Origin: an uncultured Dehalococcoidia bacterium
Lineage (GTDB): Bacteria > Chloroflexota > Dehalococcoidia > DSTF01 > JACRBR01
Direction: 5' to 3'
Length of the DNA stretch: 64,000 nucleotides
NCBI GenBank assembly: GCA_964487335.1
Contig: CAZAPT010000003.1
Location: 75,509-139,508, forward strand
Under the pieces are notes generated by a model. It worked only from the letters and a program-made list of their open reading frames with translations, made no database searches and was not told where the DNA came from. Made by a program: the position numbers and the translations under genes. Shown in pieces: positions 18,887 to 29,415 of this stretch. Within the stretch, counting starts at the first letter, position 1. Every line of letters begins with the position of its first letter.

Positions 18887-19894
18887 CTACGGTCCCCACG
18901 TCGCCCCGCCGTCCGACGTGTGGAACGTCGACGTCGCCGTCGTGAACGAGCCGTGCATCGCGTCCGTGAACGTGATCGACAGCACCGGATCGCCCGGCGT
19001 CAACCCCGAAACAATCACCTGCGTCCAGTTCACCCCGCCGTCCGTGGACCGCCAGAAGTTCTGACCCGGGCTGCTAAGTCCGAGCCATCCGTGTGTAGTG
19101 TCCTGGAAGAACAGCGCGCTCACGCCGATGCCGTTCGGTAGCGTCCCGACACCCGCTTCCGCCGGCGGACTCCCCAGCGTCGTCCGGCTGATCAGCGTCC
19201 ACGATGCCCCGCCGGTCGTCGTGTGGAACAGGAACTTCTCGTTGCTCCCCGCGGCCGCGCCGCCGAGGCAGAACTCCCACTTGTTGCTCGCATCCAGCGC
19301 GAACGTCTTGCCCGCCGTCAGCGCCGTGCCATCGATCGATGTCCGCAGCGTGCAAGGATCGACCAGCGTCGCACCGCCACCCCACGTCACGGTCCCGCAT
19401 CGATGGATCAGGTGCTGCCCCGGGTACCCTGGCACCTCGCCGATCTCGATCAGCGCCCACCGCGCCTCGCGGTTCGCCGGCGTGTCAGCCATCGTCAGGA
19501 ACTGGTTCACGCTCCCGTTCGTCACCGTTACGATGCCGGTGATCGTCACCTGCGAGAGCGTGAACGCCTCCGGCGCGCCCTCAGACTGCGGGCACGCCGC
19601 CCCTGTCCGCACCAGGTACAGGTAGCCATTCACCCCGTAGGATGGCGGCTTCCCGAAGTCGTCGCCCTTCACCCAGAGGTTCACCTGTCCCGCCGGCGGC
19701 CACACGTCGCCCGGCCCGGGCGCGAACGCCTGCAGCGTCGTGTTGTCGCGCCCTATACCGCTGAGATCGTTCGCGACGTTCAGGTGACCCTGCCCGACGA
19801 GCGTGCACGACACCGTCGCCAGCATTCCGGCGACGAGACCGAGCACGGCGAGCCGTTGCAATGCAATCTTCTGTACGAAACGCGTCATCATCAT
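18887..19894 (-). CDS. secreted BNR/Asp-box repeat protein (Ycf48-like)
   Basis: Signal peptide. Repeated SxDGGxxW motifs (STDGGVNW, TSDGGATW, TTGGASW). Confidence 0.7.
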   Translation of the reverse strand: MMMTRFVQKIALQRLAVLGLVAGMLATVSCTLVGQGHLNVANDLSGIGRDNTTLQAFAPGPGDVWPPAGQVNLWVKGDDFGKPPSYGVNGYLYLVRTGAACPQSEGAPEAFTLSQVTITGIVTVTNGSVNQFLTMADTPANREARWALIEIGEVPGYPGQHLIHRCGTVTWGGGATLVDPCTLRTSIDGTALTAGKTFALDASNKWEFCLGGAAAGSNEKFLFHTTTGGASWTLISRTTLGSPPAEAGVGTLPNGIGVSALFFQDTTHGWLGLSSPGQNFWRSTDGGVNWTQVIVSGLTPGDPVLSITFTDAMHGSFTTATSTFHTSDGGATWGP

Positions 19895-19938
19895 CCTCCT
19901 CCGAGCCGATTTTCAACTGCGTGCGCATGTAGCGGAAG

Positions 19939-19950
19939 TGCCGTACGGCA
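19939..19950. promoter_or_regulatory. perfect 12-bp palindrome TGCCGTACGGCA in a divergent intergenic region
   Basis: Read directly between the BNR gene (minus strand) and coaE (plus strand). Confidence 0.25.
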
Positions 19951-20147
19951 TGCCCGCCCTGACCCACGGAGATCATCGCCCGTCCTCCTGCGCGCCCGAA
20001 GGCCCGTTTCGCGTAATCCGCACGCTTGATTCACGTACGCTGCACTACCGACGCGTCGGCCTGTCGATGCCTTGTCCGCGCGAACTCAACTCGCCCATAA
20101 TGAGGCTGGCGCCGGATTCGGCGCGTTCGTTTTCTCAGGAGACATCC

Positions 20148-20774
20148 GTGACCGTCGTCATCGGCCTCACCGGCGGTATCGCCAGCGGCAAGTCCGCCGT
20201 CTCCGCCATGCTCCGCGACCGCGGCGCGCTCGTCATGGACGCCGACAAGCTCGGTCACGAGGCCTACGTTCCCGACACCGCCTGCTACAACGACGTCGTC
20301 GCCGCCTTCGGCGAGGACATCGTCGCGCCCGATCGCCAGATCGACCGCAAGAAGCTCGGCGCGAAGGTCTTCGGCGATCCGGCGCAGCGCCGCCGCCTCG
20401 AAGGCATCGTCTGGCCGTGGATGCGCGAGACGATGCGCAAGCGCCTCGACGCCCTCCGCGTCGAAAACACGCCGGTCGTCGTCCTCGAGGCCGCCGTGCT
20501 GATCGAAGCCGGTTGGCAGTCGCTCGTCGATCAGGTCTGGCTCGTCACCGTGAACCGCGATGTAGCGCGCACGCGGATCATGGAGCGCAACGGCCTCGAC
20601 CAGGCCCAGGCCGACGCCCGCATCGACGCCCAACTCACAAACGAGGAGCGCGCACAGCACGCGCAGCTGATCATCGAAAACAACGGCTCGCTCGAAGAAC
20701 TGCGCGAGCGCGTCGACGAAGCGTGGCGCAAACTCGAGGCAGCCGCGCCCGCAGCCGCCGGGAGGAAGGCATGA
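20148..20774 (+). CDS. coaE: dephospho-CoA kinase
   Basis: GTG start preceded by AGGAG six nt upstream. P-loop [11 protein letters not shown] and the conserved CoaE core. Confidence 0.85.
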   Translation: MTVVIGLTGGIASGKSAVSAMLRDRGALVMDADKLGHEAYVPDTACYNDVVAAFGEDIVAPDRQIDRKKLGAKVFGDPAQRRRLEGIVWPWMRETMRKRLDALRVENTPVVVLEAAVLIEAGWQSLVDQVWLVTVNRDVARTRIMERNGLDQAQADARIDAQLTNEERAQHAQLIIENNGSLEELRERVDEAWRKLEAAAPAAAGRKA

Positions 20775-21688
20775 CCGTGGAGGAGCAGGTCGAAGAGGGC
20801 GCCGGCTACCGCCAGTACGCCATCGAGGAGTACCACCCGCACGTCGAGCCGTACTACGTCGCGACCGGCGACGAGATCGATCTCTTCGAAGCGGCCTTCG
20901 CGTCGAAGATCCCGGTGCTGCTCAAGGGCCCGACCGGCTGCGGCAAGACCCGCTTCGTCGAGTACATGGCGTGGAAGCTCGGCCGGCCCCTCACCGTCGT
21001 GAAGGACCGCGGCCGCACCGATAAGCCCGCCTCCGACAACGGCGTCACCGAGGCGCTCCCACTCGTCACCGTCGCCTGCCACGAAGACCTCACCGCCAGC
21101 GACCTCGTCGGCCGCTACCTGCTCGAAGGCGAATCGACGCGCTGGATCGATGGCCCGCTCACCCGCGCGGTCAAGGCCGGCGCCATCTGCTACCTCGACG
21201 AGGTCGTCGAAGCGCGCAAGGACACCACCGTCCTCATCCACCCGCTCACCGACCACCGCCGCATCCTTCCGGTCGAAAAGCGCGGCCAGGTCGTCGAGGC
21301 GCGCGAAGGCTTCCTGCTGGTGATCTCCTACAACCCGGGCTACCAGAGCGCGCTGAAGGACCTGAAGCACAGCACGCGCCAGCGCTTCATCTCGCTCGAG
21401 TTCACGCACCCCCGCAAGGAGCTCGAGGCGAAGATCATCGCCCACGAGAGCGGCGTGTCCGAGGAGACGGCGCAGGATCTCGCCAAGCTCGGCGAGAAGG
21501 TGCGCAACCTCCGCGAGCACGGCCTCAGCGAAGGCGTCAGCACGCGACTGCTCGTCTACACCGGCAAGCTCATCCAGAAGGGCATCGCCCCGCGCCGCGC
21601 CTGCCAGGTCGGCGTCGTCTGGGCTCTCACCGACGACGCCGACGTCCAGCGCAGCATCGAAGAAGTCGCCAGCTCGATCTTCGAGTAG
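20771..21688 (+). CDS. AAA+ ATPase of the CbbQ/NirQ/NorQ (MoxR) family
   Basis: ATGA overlap with the coaE stop. Walker A motif [11 protein letters not shown]. Sequence aligns to CbbQ/NorQ along its length. Confidence 0.85.
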   Translation: MTVEEQVEEGAGYRQYAIEEYHPHVEPYYVATGDEIDLFEAAFASKIPVLLKGPTGCGKTRFVEYMAWKLGRPLTVVKDRGRTDKPASDNGVTEALPLVTVACHEDLTASDLVGRYLLEGESTRWIDGPLTRAVKAGAICYLDEVVEARKDTTVLIHPLTDHRRILPVEKRGQVVEAREGFLLVISYNPGYQSALKDLKHSTRQRFISLEFTHPRKELEAKIIAHESGVSEETAQDLAKLGEKVRNLREHGLSEGVSTRLLVYTGKLIQKGIAPRRACQVGVVWALTDDADVQRSIEEVASSIFE

Positions 21689-21713
21689 GCGTCACGGTTG
21701 GGGCGACGAGCGC

Positions 21714-22256
21714 CTATACACGTGGATGTAACTGCCAAACCCAGTAATGGCCTTCGTGCGCCGTCGGCCTCCCAGTCGAGATCGGGAGATCGACCCCGAG
21801 ATGGATTACCGAGAACGGTGGATGCTCTGCGACGCGAGTCTCAGTCGCAATGCGTTCTATGTCACACTCGTCAGACAGTGCAGGTCGGGCGTCGATGAGC
21901 AGCCAGAGCGGACCATCGAAGTCGTAGGTCTTAGCGCATTTCTTGTCGGCGGCGATTTGCACGAACGCCGCTAGCTGCTCGTCCGGGCCGATGAGCGCAC
22001 TCCCCGTTCGGCTCCGATCGCCACGCGCCCATGACCACCGAGCGGTGGCGTCGTCGTCGTTGTAATACGCCGTCACCACCTCGATTCCGATGTCCCCGTC
22101 GTCGGTGCGAGCGATGAGGTCAGGCCCCGGGGGTTCCGCTCCGGCGATGTCGCGATAAGCGAACCCGCGCTGCACGGCCAGCCAGTTCAAGAGTCGTGAT
22201 CCGGCCGCAAGTTCGTGTTGCCGTTTCAGTATGACGCTGCTTTTCAGCTGCGGCAC
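21714..22256 (-). CDS. hypothetical protein
   Basis: 180-aa ORF with a GTG start, convergent with the AAA ATPase gene. No recognisable motif. Confidence 0.35.
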   Translation of the reverse strand: MPQLKSSVILKRQHELAAGSRLLNWLAVQRGFAYRDIAGAEPPGPDLIARTDDGDIGIEVVTAYYNDDDATARWSWARGDRSRTGSALIGPDEQLAAFVQIAADKKCAKTYDFDGPLWLLIDARPALSDECDIERIATETRVAEHPPFSVIHLGVDLPISTGRPTAHEGHYWVWQLHPRV

Positions 22257-22315
22257 GTCGCCTCTATGGCGCCCTCGCTCACTGCCGTAGCCCCGGCGCG
22301 GGAATCACCGACCAG

Positions 22316-22771
22316 TCACCCGCGACACCGCCTCCAGGTAGACGTAGCTGACAACACGAGCGTCCTGCTCATGACGTTGCATCCATTCTGCCAACATTGT
22401 GTGTGCCCCACCTTGCGCGCCCGGTTATCACCAGTGCGAGGAGGACGGCGGACACCAGTGGGAGCAAGGATGCCAACGCGATCGCCACGTAAGGCTCGTA
22501 CTGCCGATCTGTGAACCGGGAGGTCGTGTTGAGAACGGCAAACGTATACGAGAACTATTGTGACTAGGTGCGCGGCGAATACTCCGGTAGCGATGCGACC
22601 GCGCCGGCTCACAAGCCAACCCACTCCACCAACTAAGTAGATTGGCGCGAGAACGACTGTCAATAACGCCGCAACGTCAGCCGAGTACACCGCAGTCACG
22701 GCGACCGCGCCGATCGCCGCACCGGGGAGTCCCTCCAGAAGCGTTGCTTCGATGGTCTTCATCGCGCGCAT
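22316..22771 (-). pseudogene. possible decayed small membrane-protein gene
   Basis: The first ~80 codons encode two transmembrane helices. The remainder is low-complexity Arg-rich sequence in a region of lower GC that carries stop codons in the other frames. Confidence 0.2.
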
Positions 22772-22837
22772 GACGCTTCGCGATCGAGGCAGTCACCGCA
22801 ACTCAAAACTCGAAGCTCGCTCGTCACCACTCCCCCA

Positions 22838-23605
22838 TCACACCGCCGATGCCCCCGGCACCGGGATCACCGCCCCCGTTACCCGCGCCGCCGAATCAGA
22901 ACAAAGGAACGCGACCACCTCAGCGATGTCCTGCGGCACGTTGCCTTCCGCCCCGCGCGGCCGCCCCTCCAGCGCCGCCCGCGCCTCCTCCATCGTCACG
23001 TGCGGCGTCGGCCCGGGCGCGACGGCGTTGATCGTGATCCCCCGCTCCAGCTCCATCGGCGCCAGCATCCGCGTGAACCAGTGCCGCGCCGCCTTCCCCA
23101 GCGGATAGTCCAGCGGCGCTTCCGGCGGCCCGTACCGCCAGTCGTCCGCCCGATACCCGCCGATGCTCACGATGCGCCCCCACCCCCGCTCCCGCATCGA
23201 TGGCAGCGCCGCCCGGATCAGCAGGAACGTCGCCTCGATCTCCGCCCCGACGACCCGCCGGAAGTGCGCCGGCTCGATCTCCGTGATGTCCTGCGGCTTC
23301 CACGGACCGCCGGCGTTGTTCACGACGATGTCCACCGGTCCGATTGCCGTCCGCGCCACCGCGAACATCCCCTCCACCTGCGCCGGGTCGCTCATGTCCG
23401 CCATGTGCGCCAGCACGCGCCCGCCCATCCGCGCGATCGCCGCCTCGACCTGAGTTGCCTGTTCGTGCTTCGAGCGATAGTTCAGCACCACGTCCGCGCC
23501 GTCTCTCGCCAACGTCAGCGCCACGCTTCGCCCGATGCCCTCGCCCGTGCCGCCGGTCACCAGCGCCACTTTGCCCTTCAGACTCACAGGCGAGCATAGG
23601 CGCAA
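22838..23605 (-). CDS. SDR-family oxidoreductase
   Basis: LKGKVALVTGGTGEGIGRS Rossmann motif and SDR catalytic motifs. TTG start, or GTG at 23587. Confidence 0.8.
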   Translation of the reverse strand: MRLCSPVSLKGKVALVTGGTGEGIGRSVALTLARDGADVVLNYRSKHEQATQVEAAIARMGGRVLAHMADMSDPAQVEGMFAVARTAIGPVDIVVNNAGGPWKPQDITEIEPAHFRRVVGAEIEATFLLIRAALPSMRERGWGRIVSIGGYRADDWRYGPPEAPLDYPLGKAARHWFTRMLAPMELERGITINAVAPGPTPHVTMEEARAALEGRPRGAEGNVPQDIAEVVAFLCSDSAARVTGAVIPVPGASAV

Positions 23606-23892
23606 CCGCCGCCGAACCGCTACATTCGGCGAGAGCGGTCCGCACCGTACCGCCTACGTGCGGCCGGGCCCGTACGGGCGCACCTATGTGTGCGCGGGCC
23701 GGGTGCCGCGCGGTGACGCGACGCGATCGGAGATCGTCAACTGGTTCTGTTACGTTCGGGCTGCCGCCCTCGTGCACCCTCGGAGAACACGATGCCTAAC
23801 ATCGGGCTGCGAACACCCCTGGCGACCGACGGCACCCGCGCGATCTCGTCACACCACCGGCGACGCGCGACCGCCCGCCCGCTCGCCATAAC

Positions 23893-24040
23893 CTTTGATT
23901 GTTTTCTCCGTCAATCAACCAAACTCAATCAAAACCATCAAAATCTCGAATCTGCGATCCGCCGAAATTCCGGCAGCCAGATTCAGACCCCGCCAGTACT
24001 CGAAAAAACAAAGATCAATCAAAAACCCGACATAAACGCC
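23893..24040. repeat. AT-rich leader with repeated CAATCA/TGATTG heptads upstream of the SDR gene
   Basis: TGATTG…CAATCAACC…CAATCAAAACCATCAAAATC…GATCAATCAAAAACC. The stretch is strongly AT-biased in a ~68% GC context. Confidence 0.4.
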
Positions 24041-24063
24041 ACACCACACAGGGTGCGGACCTG

Positions 24064-24825
24064 ATGGGACTCTTCGACGGCAAGATAGCCCTCATCACCG
24101 GCGGCTCCCGAGGCATCGGCAGGGCGATCGCCCTCCGTCTCGCCCGAGACGGCGCCGCCGTCGCCGTCAACTACTCCCGCAACGCCGGCCACGCCGAGGC
24201 CGCTGCCGACGAGATCCGCGCCCTCGGCGTCCGCGCCGAGACCGTGCAGGCCGACGTCGGCGACCGCGACGCGGTGCACGCGATGGTCGCCTCCGTCGCC
24301 GAGCGCTTCGGCCGCATCGACATCGTCGTCAACAGCGCCGCCCGCGGCCTCGAGCGCCCGCGCGCCGCCATTGACTCACTCCCGAAGCACCTCCGCCACA
24401 CCATGGACGTGAACGTCTTCGGCCCGTGGTTCGTCTCGCAGGAAGCCGCCAAGCAGATGCCGGACGGCGGCGCGATCATCAACCTGCTCAGCCCCGGCTC
24501 CGATCGCTACCTGCCCAAGTACGCGCCCGTCGGCGTCTCGAAGGGCGCGCTCGAGTCCCTGACCATCTACCTCGCCGTCGAGCTCGCCCCGCGCGGCATC
24601 CGCGTCAACGCCGTCTCCGCCGGCCTCGTCGAGGGTACCGACGGCGTCCGCCTCATGGATAGCGACCTCGTCTCCGGCTACGAAACGAAGGTTCCCGCCG
24701 GCCGCCACGTCCACCCGGAAGACGTCGCCGAAGCCGTAGCGTTCCTCGCCTCCCCCGCCGCGTCGATGATCGTCGGTCAGACCCTCCTCGTCGACGGCGG
24801 ATACTCGCTGCTCGGCATGATCTGA
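24064..24825 (+). CDS. SDR-family oxidoreductase (3-oxoacyl-ACP-reductase-like)
   Basis: ATG start. IALITGGSRGIGRAIA Rossmann motif, NSAA motif and YxxxK catalytic motif. Confidence 0.85.
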   Translation: MGLFDGKIALITGGSRGIGRAIALRLARDGAAVAVNYSRNAGHAEAAADEIRALGVRAETVQADVGDRDAVHAMVASVAERFGRIDIVVNSAARGLERPRAAIDSLPKHLRHTMDVNVFGPWFVSQEAAKQMPDGGAIINLLSPGSDRYLPKYAPVGVSKGALESLTIYLAVELAPRGIRVNAVSAGLVEGTDGVRLMDSDLVSGYETKVPAGRHVHPEDVAEAVAFLASPAASMIVGQTLLVDGGYSLLGMI

Positions 24826-24897
24826 GCGCGACGCTCCGTTCCCGCTCCCGCACGCGCTCCGATATGATCGCCGCGCGATAGGAGAGACCGACAAGAA

Positions 24898-25989
24898 ATG
24901 AAGCCGAAGATCGGCGTCATCGGCGCCGGCATCATGGGAACCGCGCACGGTAAGTCCATCCACTTCTGCCGGAAGAATGGGCTGATCGACTGCGACTTCG
25001 TCGCCCTCGCCGAAACGGACCCAGAGCGCCGCGAGAGCTATGCCGCGAAGGCCGGCGTCGCCTGGACCACGGACGACGCCCACGCGCTCATCGCCTCCGA
25101 CGACGTAAACACCGTCTACATCTGCACGCCCACCCACAACCACAAAGAGCTTGCGCTCGACGTCCTCTCGCGCGGCAAGGCGCTCTTCTGCGAGAAGCCG
25201 CTCGCCTTCAACGCATCGGACGCCGGCGCGATCCGCGACGCCGCGAGGCAGGCAGGCGTCACCCACCAGGTCGGGCTCGTGATGCGCTTCTCCCCCGTCA
25301 TCACCGTTGTGCGCGACCTCCTGCAGGACGCAGCTCTCGGCCGCCCGATGACCGCCGTGATGGTGGACGACCAGTACTTCCCCATCCAGGGCCACTACCG
25401 CAGTGCCTGGCGCGGCGACGTTGCTCTCGTCGGCGCCGGCACGCTCCTCGAGCACGCCATCCACGACGTCGACATCCTCGTCTCGTATTTCGGGCGCGTG
25501 AAGCGCGTCTTCGGCGTCACCCGACACTTCTTCGAGCGCGAGGGGGTCGAGGACGTCAGCAGCGAGCTCCTCGAGTTCGAGTCAGGAGCCGTCGTGAGCC
25601 ACGTATCCGTCTGGCACAACCTGCTCTCGCGAGGCAGCAGCCGCCGCATGCACGTCATCTGCGAGAACGGCCAGTTCAGCTGGGATGACGACGACTGGGA
25701 CGCGCCGATTCGCTGTGAGACCAACGCCCAGAAACACTTCGAGATCCCATCGGAAGAAGTCGTCGCGCGCTACATCGAGAGCGCCGGCGTCACGGACCCC
25801 ACCCTGGATCGCGCCGTGCGCGCACCCTACGCCGGTCAGGACTACGTGCTCGAGGACTACGCCTTCCTGAAAGCCGTCACCGAAGATCGACCGGCCTTCC
25901 CAGACTTCGACACCGCCCTCTACGCACACGAAGTCGTCGACGCTATATACGACTCAGCCCGCACGCAGCAGCCGGTCAAGCTCGGATGA
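24898..25989 (+). CDS. Gfo/Idh/MocA-family oxidoreductase
   Basis: ATG preceded by GGAGAG. N-terminal Rossmann motif IGVIGAGIMG and EKP motif. Confidence 0.85.
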   Translation: MKPKIGVIGAGIMGTAHGKSIHFCRKNGLIDCDFVALAETDPERRESYAAKAGVAWTTDDAHALIASDDVNTVYICTPTHNHKELALDVLSRGKALFCEKPLAFNASDAGAIRDAARQAGVTHQVGLVMRFSPVITVVRDLLQDAALGRPMTAVMVDDQYFPIQGHYRSAWRGDVALVGAGTLLEHAIHDVDILVSYFGRVKRVFGVTRHFFEREGVEDVSSELLEFESGAVVSHVSVWHNLLSRGSSRRMHVICENGQFSWDDDDWDAPIRCETNAQKHFEIPSEEVVARYIESAGVTDPTLDRAVRAPYAGQDYVLEDYAFLKAVTEDRPAFPDFDTALYAHEVVDAIYDSARTQQPVKLG

Positions 25990-26010
25990 CGCCGCTCACG
26001 GATCGACGCG

Positions 26011-27486
26011 ATGCCTGATTACGACCTGATCCTCCGCAGCGGCACCATCGTCGACGGCACCGGCGATCCGTCGTACACTGGCAGCCTCGCCATCACCGGC
26101 GACCGCATCGCCGCCGTCGGCGACGTCAACGGCTCCGCGAAGACGGAGATCGACGTCAGCCGCCTCGTCATCTCTCCCGGCTTCGTCGACGTCCACGCCC
26201 ACGACGATGCGGCCGTCGTCCGCGACCCCTCTGTCGACTTCAAGATCATGCAGGGCGTCACCACCGACGTCGTCGGCAACTGCGGCGCGGGCGTCGCTCC
26301 GACGTCCGACGCGTTCCGCCAGTTCTACGCTCGCGGCATCGGCCCCATCCTCGGCGACTCCGCGCTCGCCTGGACCACCACGCACGACTACTTCGCTGCT
26401 GTCGAAGCGGCGCATCCAGCGGTGAACGTCACGGCCTACGTCCCACACGGCGTCCTGCGCTACATCGCTCTCGCTCTCGAGCGCCGCGAGCCCGACGACA
26501 GCGAGCTGTCACACATGAAGGACCTGGCCGACGAAGGCATGACCGCCGGCGCAATCGGCATGTCCACCGGCCTCATCTATCCGCCCGGCTACTTCTCGCG
26601 CACACCCGAACTGATCGAGCTCGCGAAGGTCGTCGCGAAGCACGGCGGAATCTACACCAGCCACATCCGCGACGAAGGCCCCGGCCTGCTCCGCGCCGTC
26701 GAAGAGGCGATCCGCATCGGCGAAGAGAGCGGCTGCCCCGTCGAGATCTCGCACCACAAGGCCGCCGGCCGCGAAGCCTGGGGCTCGACCGAGCGGTCGC
26801 TGGAAGTCCTAGAAGCGGCGCGCGCCCGCGGCATCGACGTCACCGTCGACGTCTACCCCTACACAGCGGGAAGCACCGCCCTTGCCGCCATCGCTCGCTT
26901 CGGCGACGACGTCTTCGAGATGCCGGCGCTCATCGCCAGCGTAAAGCACAACAAGGCGGCGTATGAAGGTAAGTACGTCGCCGACATCGCCGAAGAACTG
27001 GGTATGTCGAAGGGCGATGCGGTCCGCAAGCTCCTGCACGACGAGGAGAACTCGCCGACCGTGATCAACTTCACTATGGACGAGCCCGATGTCCGCCGGG
27101 TCCTCGCCTACCAGCACGCAATGATCGGCTCCGACGGCATTCCCTCCGAAGGCAAGCCCCATCCCCGCCTCTACGGCACGATGCCGCGCGTCCTCGGCAC
27201 GTACGTCCGCGAGCACGGTGTCCTCACCCTCGAGGACGCCGTCCGCAAGATGACGTCGCTTCCCGCCGGCAAGCATCGCGTGAAGGACCGCGGCACGCTC
27301 CGCGAAGGCGGGTTCGCGGACGTCGTGGTCTTCGACCCGGCGAAGGTCGATGACATCGCGACGTATCCCGAGCCGCGCCAGTACCCGAAGGGCATCGAGT
27401 ACGTGGTCGCCAACGGCAAGCTCGCCGTCGACGGCGGTCATCAGACCGCCGCGCGCGCCGGACGCATGCTCCGTCGCGATCAGTAG
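26011..27486 (+). CDS. N-acyl-D-amino-acid deacylase (D-aminoacylase), amidohydrolase superfamily
   Basis: DLILRSGTIVDGTG…PGFVDVHAHDD metal-binding motif. Length and pattern are typical of this family. Confidence 0.8.
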   Translation: MPDYDLILRSGTIVDGTGDPSYTGSLAITGDRIAAVGDVNGSAKTEIDVSRLVISPGFVDVHAHDDAAVVRDPSVDFKIMQGVTTDVVGNCGAGVAPTSDAFRQFYARGIGPILGDSALAWTTTHDYFAAVEAAHPAVNVTAYVPHGVLRYIALALERREPDDSELSHMKDLADEGMTAGAIGMSTGLIYPPGYFSRTPELIELAKVVAKHGGIYTSHIRDEGPGLLRAVEEAIRIGEESGCPVEISHHKAAGREAWGSTERSLEVLEAARARGIDVTVDVYPYTAGSTALAAIARFGDDVFEMPALIASVKHNKAAYEGKYVADIAEELGMSKGDAVRKLLHDEENSPTVINFTMDEPDVRRVLAYQHAMIGSDGIPSEGKPHPRLYGTMPRVLGTYVREHGVLTLEDAVRKMTSLPAGKHRVKDRGTLREGGFADVVVFDPAKVDDIATYPEPRQYPKGIEYVVANGKLAVDGGHQTAARAGRMLRRDQ

Positions 27487-27493
27487 GAGCGCC

Positions 27494-27868
27494 ATGGACG
27501 TGCCACCAATCGAGTCCCAGGTCCGCCGCAAGGTCGGCGCCAAGGCCGAGACCACGGACTTCGGCAGCGTGGAGTGGGCGGCGCGCGAAGGCCACCCGCC
27601 CGGCGCGGAGCAGACCGTCGGTCTCGCGACGTTCGACGCCGGCAAGAGCAACGCCCGCCACATCCATCCCAATTGCGAAGAGGTCGTGTACGTCCTCGAA
27701 GGCGAGGTCGAGCACACGCTCGGCGACCAGTCCACGCGCCTCCGCGCCGGCGACCTGATCGTCGTCCCGCGCGGCACCCCCCACCAACTCCTGAACCAGA
27801 GCGATGCGCCCGTCCGCGCGTTCATCGTCTTCTCGTCGCCCGAGCGTCAGTTCGTCCCCGTCGACTGA
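27494..27868 (+). CDS. cupin-domain protein
   Basis: HxH…E…H cupin motifs (HIHPNCEEVVYVLEG…H). Confidence 0.65.
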   Translation: MDVPPIESQVRRKVGAKAETTDFGSVEWAAREGHPPGAEQTVGLATFDAGKSNARHIHPNCEEVVYVLEGEVEHTLGDQSTRLRAGDLIVVPRGTPHQLLNQSDAPVRAFIVFSSPERQFVPVD

Positions 27869-27903
27869 CCGTCACCTCGGTGGCGCATTGATACCCTGCC
27901 GCC

Positions 27904-28665
27904 GTGCCCTTCACCACGATCGCCGTCACGCAGTCCGCTCCGATCGCGGAGATCCGCCTCAACCGTCCGGACGACGGCAACCCCATCGATCCGCAGCTCC
28001 TCGACGAGATCGACGCCGCCGCGTCGCTGCTCGACGAGAACGACGCCGTCCGCGCCGTCCTCCTCACCACCGCCGGCGGCGTGTTCTCGCTCGGTTGGGA
28101 TGACGCCCGATACCCACGCACCGCCGTCGCCTCACGCGCATCGCCTCCGTTCCGCAGCCTCGAGCTGCTGGGCAAGCCGGTCTTCGCCTGCATCGAGGGC
28201 GACGCCACCGGAGCAGGACTGGAACTCGCCCTCGCCTGCGACATCCGCGTCATCGCTGACACCGCCGTGCTGTCCATGCCCGACGTCGCCGCAGGTCACC
28301 TGGTGTCGTGCGGCGGCACGCAGCGCCTCCCACGCATCGCAGGGCGCAGCGTCGCCGCATCGGTGCTCCTCCTCGGCGAAGCGCTCGACGCGCAGCGCGC
28401 CCTTGCCTGCGGGCTTGCTAACGCCGTCATCCCGCGCGAGGACGTGCTGGCCACGGCGACGGCCATTGCTGAGCGCATCTCCGCCCACGGCCCGCTCGCC
28501 CTGCGTTACGCGAAGGAAGCGATCGTCCGCGGCCAGGACCTTAGCCTCGACGCCGCGCTCCGCTACGAGACAGACCTCACCGTCATCCTCCAGACCACCG
28601 CGGACCGTGCCGAAGGCGTCGCCGCGTTCGTCGAGAAACGCCCGCCGAAGTTCGTGGGAAAGTAG
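27904..28665 (+). CDS. enoyl-CoA hydratase/isomerase (crotonase) family protein
   Basis: GTG start. Crotonase-fold pattern including GGVFSLGWD and the oxyanion-hole glycines. Confidence 0.8.
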   Translation: MPFTTIAVTQSAPIAEIRLNRPDDGNPIDPQLLDEIDAAASLLDENDAVRAVLLTTAGGVFSLGWDDARYPRTAVASRASPPFRSLELLGKPVFACIEGDATGAGLELALACDIRVIADTAVLSMPDVAAGHLVSCGGTQRLPRIAGRSVAASVLLLGEALDAQRALACGLANAVIPREDVLATATAIAERISAHGPLALRYAKEAIVRGQDLSLDAALRYETDLTVILQTTADRAEGVAAFVEKRPPKFVGK

Positions 28666-28672
28666 CACCGCG

Positions 28673-29191
28673 ATGACCGCGCCGGCAGCATTGCGTCTAG
28701 GAATTGCGTCCCTGCTCGCGCTCGGTGGTGTCGCTACCGCCGCCTACTGCTACACCCGTTCACGATCATCGGATACGTTCGCAACGGCATCGACCGCTGA
28801 TGCCAAAGCTACTGAACTAGCTCCGCCCGGGCTCGTCGGCGTCACGCCGATCATTCCGACTTCGATCGACAGGCCCAACGATGCGGCGCTCATTACCGCT
28901 GACCGCGCACGCGAGGTCGGGGCGAAGGTGCTCGGCTTCTCCTCGTTCGACCCTACATCCGTCATCGTCGTGTTACGGCGCGCCGCAGACATGCGCGACT
29001 TCGCCCGCTACGCCGGCGACTACCCGATATGGGTCATCTCAGCCAGAGGCTTGTTCATCCAGGCTTACGGTCCGCCGGCGCCCGGCGGCCCCGGATTCGC
29101 TCCCGTCTCCTACCGGCACGAGTCGGTGTTCGTCGATGGCATGACGGGGTCAGTGCTCGGAGTCCAACTCGACGACTCGGTAGAGCGCTGA
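28673..29191 (+). CDS. hypothetical membrane-anchored protein
   Basis: ATG at 28673, in frame after the crotonase stop. One N-terminal transmembrane or signal segment. Confidence 0.4.
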   Translation: MTAPAALRLGIASLLALGGVATAAYCYTRSRSSDTFATASTADAKATELAPPGLVGVTPIIPTSIDRPNDAALITADRAREVGAKVLGFSSFDPTSVIVVLRRAADMRDFARYAGDYPIWVISARGLFIQAYGPPAPGGPGFAPVSYRHESVFVDGMTGSVLGVQLDDSVER

Positions 29192-29415
29192 GCGATTTGG
29201 TGCAACGCGATCCCGGGAAGCCCGCTCGCGACGACATCCCCGTCTCCGCCGGCCTCTGCGCCACTTGCACGAACGCACGCTCTGTCGCCACGGCGCGCGG
29301 CTCCCGCTTCGTACTCTGCGCTCTCTCCGCGACCGACCCACGCTTCCCGAAATACCCGCGCCTCCCGGTGACCGAATGTGAAGGCTACGAAGAACGACAC
29401 AATGCGAGCGATAGC

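Noticed and set aside
20531-21520. 329-aa antisense ORF and the upstream extension of ORF 20072..21688 (538 aa)
   Set aside because: They are antisense or 5' extensions of the coaE and AAA-ATPase genes. The true starts are supported by an RBS, a P-loop at the N-terminus and an ATGA overlap.
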